Shown here: positions 56,636-64,000 of the stretch, piece by piece
Layout: each line of letters starts with the position of its first letter
Position numbering within the stretch: position 1 is the stretch's first letter
Notes under the pieces: generated by a model
The model's database searches: none
What the model was told of the DNA's origin: nothing
Seen by the model: only the letters and a program-made list of their open reading frames with translations
Position numbers and translations under genes: made by a program
Source: Octopus vulgaris
Taxonomy: Eukaryota
Assembly (NCBI GenBank): GCA_951406725.2
Contig: OX597818.1
Span: 82,212,001 to 82,276,000, forward strand
Length of the DNA stretch: 64,000 nt
Reading direction: 5' to 3'

Positions 56636-58687
56636 TTGCAAGAATTCCACCAAACACTTCAGGGTATCTCGAGAGATACGTTTTCAAATGAAAAATGGTG
56701 AAATTACGGTATTATCTGATGTAACTTCGAGACTGGATATGTAACCAACATACAACATGAATTTTTAGCTGTACGAACATCTATATATTTGTGTCCCAGT
56801 ACATGCGTCAAGGCAGTAAAAGAATGGTGAAAAGAGACATTAGAAACAACGTACATTCGTGGCTGCTGGTGGTCTAAGTAGGCCTTTCGAAAACTGATAT
56901 GTTGTCAAAAGAGCTGAAAACGGATTTGCTAGTCCTAATGACCACTGGAGATTATCGAACCATACGGCGCATTGCCCAGCAGAAGGCGCTTAAACTAAGA
57001 GCGTAGCATAAACTTTACAGAGCGAAATTTCAAGTCACTACAGCTGTTGTAAAATTAGCACATCAGAGATATACCCTATAGAACTGGAGATAGTTGAGGG
57101 TAAAAGGAGGGGAAATATGGGAAATCAATCGAAGCATTAAAGCCAACAACAGATTTTAGTTTTCAAAGAAGTAATCACAAAAATCTTAAGGATGACGAGA
57201 AAAATCCCTTTGACAGAAACACAAACTTACAGACATAAGACATGGGATATTATACGGTGGGGATTAAAGCGATATTTCAAGCGTCTGGAAATACCAGACG
57301 AAAGTTCCCACGTTGGTGTTATAGAGTTAGTTCGGGTGTGCAAGTGTCAATAAAATATGATCTGTCAAAACACCATGAGAAAACTGATGATTTTTTCAAA
57401 TTTGGGATTAATACATTGTATGAGATCTGTCATGCAGTGAATTTCGCCGGCAGATTTTTTACAAACATATTTTAAAACTACGCAAATTTCTTATTGTGTA
57501 TTTCACATAATTCAACGTATGTATATGGGCGCTAATGCTTTTTTCAAGAAAAGAGGTAAAATTCGAGAGTTTAGTTACTGGCCCTTTTATCATATATGCT
57601 GTATTTCATTTAACTCCTGTATCCATGTCATTGCCGCTCCTTCCTGCCTCTGATTTTAGCTGATTACTCAGTGCCATTCATTCGACATCATTTCCTTATC
57701 CTTAATCGGTATATTACAGTATCATTCTGTTTAATATCTAGTAAAGCAATTCGACTTGTTGAATTTAACATCCATCAACCTATGTCGAAAGTTAGATATC
57801 GCAATGTTTGATTGAACTATCATTGGCTTCAGAATTATTGCGTTTTAAAGTGTTAATAGTAGATATTTATATATGATCACTAAACGTGAGTAAAAAAATG
57901 TGTTGCCAATTATAATGGATAAAAGGTGGCAGAAGATCAAAATTGTAGAGTAGTGAACGAAAAAGAAAGGTGGTAAAAACAAACACAGTATGTCACATTA
58001 AATTGGAACGCATTTCAGGTAGAAGTAAAATAAAAACAGAAAATAAGAGAAGAGCGTGTTAGAGAACATTAGAAGATATTTACACATACTTGAAAATTTC
58101 ACAATCTAAAACGGATTGATTTCTTAGAGAATTTGTAATATCTGTGATAAATTACACACACACACGCGCCCCACCCACACCTACAATCTATATAAACATA
58201 TATATTATATATATATATATATATGCATATATATAAACATATATACACACACGTGTATGTAAATATATATATATACATTTGCATATATACACACATATAT
58301 GTGTGTGCATGTGAATACAGATGAGAATCATATTTATAATATGTCAGAAAATTGTGCTACAAATTTGGTGGAGAGAATGAAAAGATTGTGTTAAAAAAAC
58401 AACAAAGAACATTTTTGCCTCATGTAGTTTCTTTTTTTTTTTTTTGAACTTCTTTTAATTGGAGACATAACATGTAAGAAATGTATAGAAGCGAAACGAT
58501 ATGATAGCGTTTAAAAAAATAGTATTAATAAAACCATTTATTAAGAAATAAAATAAAAATCAAATAAACATTATCATGGCATGCGTTTAAAGAAGAACAG
58601 AAAGCGAATTTCAGAGAGAGACTATAACAAATAGGTTAGAGAAAATATGAATATGTGTATACTGAACGATTCAGTTGAATTTTCACT

Positions 58688-58728
<41 letters not shown>

Positions 58729-58734
58729 TCTTTT

Positions 58735-58924
58735 ATTCTTTTACTTGTTTCAGTCATTTGACTGCTGCCGTGCTGGAGCACCGCCTTAAAGGGTTTGGGT
58801 CGAAGAAATCGCCCCCGGAGCTTATTCTCTGTAAGCTTTGTACTTATTCTATTAGTTTCATTTGCCGAAGTTACGAGGACATAAACATCATCGGTTGTCA
58901 GATGACAGTGGAAGCACAAACACA

Positions 58925-58925
<1 letters not shown>
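58735..58925 (-). mobile_element. SINE family A 3' half
   Basis: TTACTTGTTTCAGTCATTTGACTGCTGCCGTGCTGGAGCACCGCC. Confidence 0.85.
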
Positions 58926-58977
<52 letters not shown>

Positions 58978-59046
58978 ACACACACACACACACACACGCA
59001 AATATATAGGGTGCGGTGAATAACACTGAAATTTCATTTTAGCATA

Positions 59047-60331
59047 TGTTGTGCCATCCAATATAATGCGGGTTTTTATACTTTTTCAATATTTGAAAAT
59101 TAAGATAGACGAAATTAATTTTTGATCTAAAGTATCCTCTCCTTCATTTCGTACAATGCTCTTCTTTCTATCTGGTAGTCTTGCAAGGCCTCTCTTCCAA
59201 ATTTCATTTGTCCGTAACGAAAATTACTCTTCCAGTACTGTTCTGACCTCGTCTAGAGAATTCATATTATTTCCGTCCAAATGATTGTAAAAACTACGGA
59301 ATAAATGATAATCAGATGGAAAAATGTCCGCCATATATAGTGAGTGAGGCATTACTTCCCATTCAAACTACTCCAGCGTTTATAATATCATCCGCGCTGT
59401 ATATGACCGAGCGTTATCCTGATGGAAGAACATCCTTTGTTTTGAAACCAAAAATGATCGTTTTCCTTCTAGCGCTGACTTAAGACGTTCAAGCTGCTCG
59501 CAGTATATTTCCTTTGTTATCGTTTGGTTTGGGTTTAAAAGTTTAAAAGTTTAAAAGTTTAAACCTTTTATATTTCAAACAGATAAAAACAACTTGCATG
59601 GGTGAAGACCTTCTTTAGCCTGGGGTGTCGGTGTTTCTCCTTTCCTTACCTACTCTCTTCGGCGCTTGACATTTTTATAGAGAACTCATTTCTGCTCACT
59701 AGTCACTATTCGGTCAAAAAGAAAGGTTCATTCTTGAGACGTAACAGCAAAGAAGAGCACGCATTCAGTTTATGCGCGCGATTAGACACGGAAGTTTTGT
59801 GAGGAACCCATTGACCCAATTTGCTGACTTTTTCAATGTAACTCAGGTGTCGATAATTGGTTGAATGACCAAATTCAAGCTTCCTGAACAGTCACCTTGA
59901 GATTTTTTCCCCCAGGGTTTGCAGGATGTCCTCGTCTAGCTCTACAGACGAACTCCAGGACGAGGCTCGTCTTCAAACATATAGTGTCCGGCTCGGAATT
60001 TCTAGAATCACCGTTGATACTAGCTTACTTTTATTGTCCGATCCCCATATACTGCATTAATATTCCTCGCACTTTTCGTCGCGTTGTTGCCTTTATTGAA
60101 CACATAAAAGCAAAATATGCCGAATATACTCCTTTGTCTCTTCCATTATAGCTTTGAAAATATAACTGTTAAAATCGAACTGCACTCATCAAAACATGCA
60201 CTAAGGATAAATACACGGTAAAATTACTACCTGCTTTTATAGCAATTTGATGTAGGTAGTTTATCCCGTCCGCATCTAACTATCAGTTCATGCAATTGTA
60301 AAAACTGCATTATTTATGGGATGACGCAATA
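59047..60331 (-). mobile_element. Full-length decayed mariner element (~1.29 kb)
   Basis: Imperfect TIRs (TGTTGTGCCATCCAATATAATGCGGGTTTTTA versus reverse complement TATTGCGTCATCCCATAAATAATGCAGTTTTTA). Transposase from ATG at 60146: MEETKEYIRHILL..NKGNNATKSARNINAVYGD..KFRAG..EDEPR, then HQDNAR and SDYHLFRS. Confidence 0.9.
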
Positions 60332-60591
60332 TATTTACCCGAATTGCATAAAAATATCTTGAAATACTATAGAGTAAATTTATTCAATAAAATCGTCATT
60401 AGCTTCAACCACGGTCTCCAGACGACTTTGGAATCTCCTGCAACTCTTTTCTAGACGGTCTCCTTTTTTACGTTGGTGAATGTTATAATCCATGCTTTCA
60501 GTTCATCTTTGGTGTTACAAGAAGTTTTGTTTGTGTTTCGCTCAAATGCGCCCTACACATAATAATCAAGGGGGTTGCAGTCTGGGGAGTT
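60332..60591 (-). mobile_element. maT/Tc1-type transposase 3' relic; its likely terminal segment lies at 59007-59046
   Basis: NSPDCNPLDYYV*GAFE..TNKT..NTKDELKA...CRRFQSRLETVVEANDDFIE*. Confidence 0.75.
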
Positions 60592-60604
60592 ATATTTCTA
60601 TGTA

Positions 60605-61110
60605 TATTTTCTTTGCTCGTTTGATCCCAACATCTATTAATGAAATAGGGTAAGTCTCCTGATTAATGTTGATTCATGTTCACGTAGTCTTAGTTGACGT
60701 GTACTGGTTCTCGAAACTATGGTACAGAGTTTTTCGCTTAATCATTATGTATATTAACTATTGTGTGTTTGGGGTGGCACGGGTTGAATAATTGGTATTG
60801 TTTTGAATCCTAGTATTTATAAAAGATGTAGGTTTCAGTGTAGTTATTCACTATTTTAATTAGGATGTCAAGAAAGGGTGTTGTTTATTGCTGTGTTCCA
60901 TGGTGAATTGTATGCTGCTATTGATATTGTTGATCACAAACACAAGTACATATATGAATATCAGTATTTTTTGTCTCTCTGTAAGCATTTCGCTTTCTAT
61001 ATTTTGATTAGCGGTATTCTATCTACCTTGGATGTCTTGATTGCAACTCCTTCCTCTGCCGTAAATATTTTGAAAAAATAATTTCTCGTAGACAGCGAAA
61101 TTCGGTTATG
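60605..61110 (-). mobile_element. Decayed PLE RT thumb fragment
   Basis: INSSIQFTMEHSNKQ.PFLDILI..YK..DSKQY..FNPCHPKHT..NI...LCTIVS...YPISLID.GIKRA. Confidence 0.8.
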
Positions 61111-62414
61111 GGTTGATCAAGTTTCATCAGCACTGCTAGTTAGCACTACCGTATCAAGTCTTTTCCCTGTATCGCGGATCATCAGCATTGGTAAGTCAAG
61201 TGGAATGCCAGACAGGAAATCAATCTACCAATCAGTTGTGGGAAGCTGGCCGGCTGTCATATTCAGAAATTAGAGACATACGCAATTTTTGTTGTGAATA
61301 CTAATTTGAACACCCAACTTAACATGGATATGTTGTTTATACCACCTTAAGCTGTTGCAAATATTCCGAAAACACATTTTGAGTGAACGGCCAATACTTA
61401 GAATTTTAAAAATTCTATTATCGCTTGATGAAATTCCCTCGTTACACTGGCTGATGGCACTTACGTAAAACTTGACCATGGTTTCTTTCTCCTATTATTC
61501 CTATCAACTAATAACAGACAAGACTGAACACACAATACTTCCCTCAGTATACAACTGGGCCCTGAATCATGAATGTGTTCGAATAGACTTCTATCCTCGT
61601 GACTGGGATTATTTTGTTTTAATCTATTCCGATCAGTCTTATGTTGTGGAAGACAGGATAAAGAACATTTTTTTCGAGGCACAAAAATAACAGAATAACG
61701 AAGTTGGCCTTCTACGATTTTCAAACAGCTGTAAAAATCAATAGTGGGTTGACCAAAATGCACTGAGGCATTTAGTTATAACTCTTTATACTCTAAAGTC
61801 AAATCCGGTCATGTTCGACTTTGTCTTCCGGCGTCGATAAAATAAAAACCATTCAAGTATTAGAAGTGATATGATCGAATATAAACATCACTCAAATTCG
61901 AAGTTTGTGTTTATGGTAGAAATCAATATTTAATGCCAAAAATGGGATATTTAATGTCAAAAATTGGAGGTGGATTGTAGAAACAATACAAGACTGGATT
62001 AAATACTTTACCACTATATATTGTTGTCCCTCTTCAGAATTGTCTTTCATCTCCCTGAAAGCAATAACATTTTGCAACGATCATGAATTGATGTCGATTA
62101 AATCGATAATATTTTGCCAGTGAAATATTTTGGCTCGATGTTAATGTTAGAAATCCAAATTTATTGTTAATATCTCGGTTCAAGAACGGTATTAAAAATA
62201 TTATTTAATGTTTTCAAAAGTGTTAGTGCATGCCATCAGTAAACTTTTACGTCGAACACAAAGTTCCAGAAACGAGGCTAGCTGTTTTGAGCTGAGGCAC
62301 CAAATAAATCTGCTGGAAAAGTAGCCAAAATCTTCCCAATATATACCTGAATATAATAAAGAATCGTTTGGAAATTATACATTATCTTGATCCTCCTCCT
62401 CCTCCTCCTCCTCC

Positions 62415-62454
<40 letters not shown>

Positions 62455-62477
62455 TTTCATCATCACCATTATTAACC

Positions 62478-62688
62478 CCCCTGGTCATTACTTGAGCTAT
62501 TCGACTTACAATACCGCTTAACGTGTTTCAATGGTTTATCAGTGAATGCAACGCCAGTCCAGCACAGAGTGAATAGAATTGGAAAAAACGTAAAATGATA
62601 AATTGTTAATCAAGAGCACAACGCACTGCCCAGCCCAGTTCTTCAGATCGTAAGTGCAACACCCAAACCACTAAGCCATACGCCTTCA
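62478..62688 (-). mobile_element. tRNA-derived SINE related to family D
   Basis: Minus-strand head TGAAGGCGTATGGCTTAGTGGTTTGGGTGTTGCAC...GCGTTGTGCTCTTGA. Confidence 0.6.
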
Positions 62689-63401
62689 AAAATGATACTC
62701 TAAACCTAAATACAAAGACGAAATTCACACGTTAAAAATACTTGTGATCATAGTTCTTCTTACCCAAGGCTGAATTAATACTAAACAACAATATCGACTT
62801 CTTGAAAAATCCTTTTACAGTGAATGCCATAACCTTCTATTTCACTACATAATGAGAATCTATAGAAGCGACTTTTTTCCTGTGGTTTCCTTATTTAAAT
62901 GCATACGGCTATAGAAGATGAAGGTTTAAAATTTAACATTTTAACGTTAATCGATTCAGTTAGGTAAGTTTAATGACTGTGATAGTATTGGCTATCAAAA
63001 TGCCCTTTTGAATGTCTTCCTGAATCAGCAGAGTTCCCTGACGATTTGTGGCAGTGAATTGACATTTTGTGTGAACGAGTGCATGAAGTCAAGTTATTGT
63101 GGGAGAATAGCTTCCGCTCATGCAATTTAAAAATTAAGAATAAAAAAGATAATAACGATCGGTTCGTCATTGATGTCTGCATTCGTTTCTTTCATGTGCT
63201 GACGTTAGATGAATTAATATGTAAAGTGAGAGAAGGGAAAAAGAGAAAGAGAGGAGGGAGAGAGAGAGAAAGATAGAGAGAGGAAGCGGGAGAGAGGGAG
63301 AGGGACAGAAAATGAATTCGGCTGGGAGGAATCGAAAAAGATACACAGAAAAATGAAGAGATTTGGTGATACGTGTGAGAAAGCAGTTGACGATAAATAA
63401 A

Positions 63402-63429
63402 AATAATAATGCTAATAATAATGCTAATG

Positions 63430-63496
<67 letters not shown>

Positions 63497-63522
63497 CAAC
63501 AACAACAACAGCAATAATAATC
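63402..63522. repeat. (TAA)n(CAA)n microsatellite
   Basis: Directly visible. Confidence 0.95.
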
Positions 63523-64000
63523 ATAAGCAGTAAAACAGAAACAGATGTAGAGGAGGAAATATTTTGTGGCAAGACAGGGTCAGGTTGGGGATAAGTGTGA
63601 AATGGTTTTGAAGTGGTCGGAATGCAGAGAGAAAGAGGAAGATAAACAGAGATTTAAAAATGTATATAAATAGAATGAGGGTAGAGATAGCGGTTCAGAA
63701 GTAAAGAGAATAACTGTAGTTAAGCAGGAAAATATATATAAAAAATAGGGACATGCAGAGAGATAGTATTAGAAGAAAGATAAAATAAGTGGAGAGAGAT
63801 GATGAAATCTCAGAGAAAGGGAGGGGTTTAAAAAGAAAAATTTTACGTGATTGGTAGAAAGGGAATATGAAAGGGAGAAACTGAGAGTGAAATAGTGAAA
63901 TAGTGAAATAGTTTAGCATATATGGAGATAAATGTGCATGAGGAAAAGAGAGAGAGAAAAAGGGGGGAGGGGGAGAGGAAGAGAGAAGAGAAAGGGAGAG

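Noticed and set aside
61472-61690. 72-aa ORF with complex composition
   Set aside because: No recognisable motif or splice context; likely TE debris.

Overview
This is AT-rich eukaryotic (animal) genomic DNA with no confidently identifiable host protein-coding gene. It is dense in (TA)n, (CA)n, (TATG)n, (TATC)n and trinucleotide microsatellites, and nearly all long ORFs in the supplied track are microsatellite read-through artefacts. The tRNA-headed SINEs resemble the OK/OR families described from octopus, so a coleoid cephalopod intron or intergenic region is inferred, not proven. All recognisable coding sequence is transposon-derived: a near-complete CR1/L2-group LINE ORF2 (APE+RT, 46.5-49.6 kb, minus); a young Penelope-like element (PLE, 38.2-41.1 kb) with an inverted terminal repeat carrying a hammerhead ribozyme; about five older PLE relics; R4/Dong-like and HERO-like RLE-LINE fragments; a full-length decayed mariner nested in a maT/Tc1-type relic; hAT and pogo-like MITEs; and a ~250-bp foldback element. 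Most notable: (1) the PLE has a minimal type-I hammerhead with an unusually long stem II in both arms of an inverted pLTR, and an Asn-rich linker in place of the usual Cys motif; (2) the LINE 3' end matches the 3' tail of the dominant SINE, with a compensatory-change stem-loop, i.e. a probable SINE/LINE partner pair in one window. All calls were made by eye; coordinates of decayed elements are approximate.
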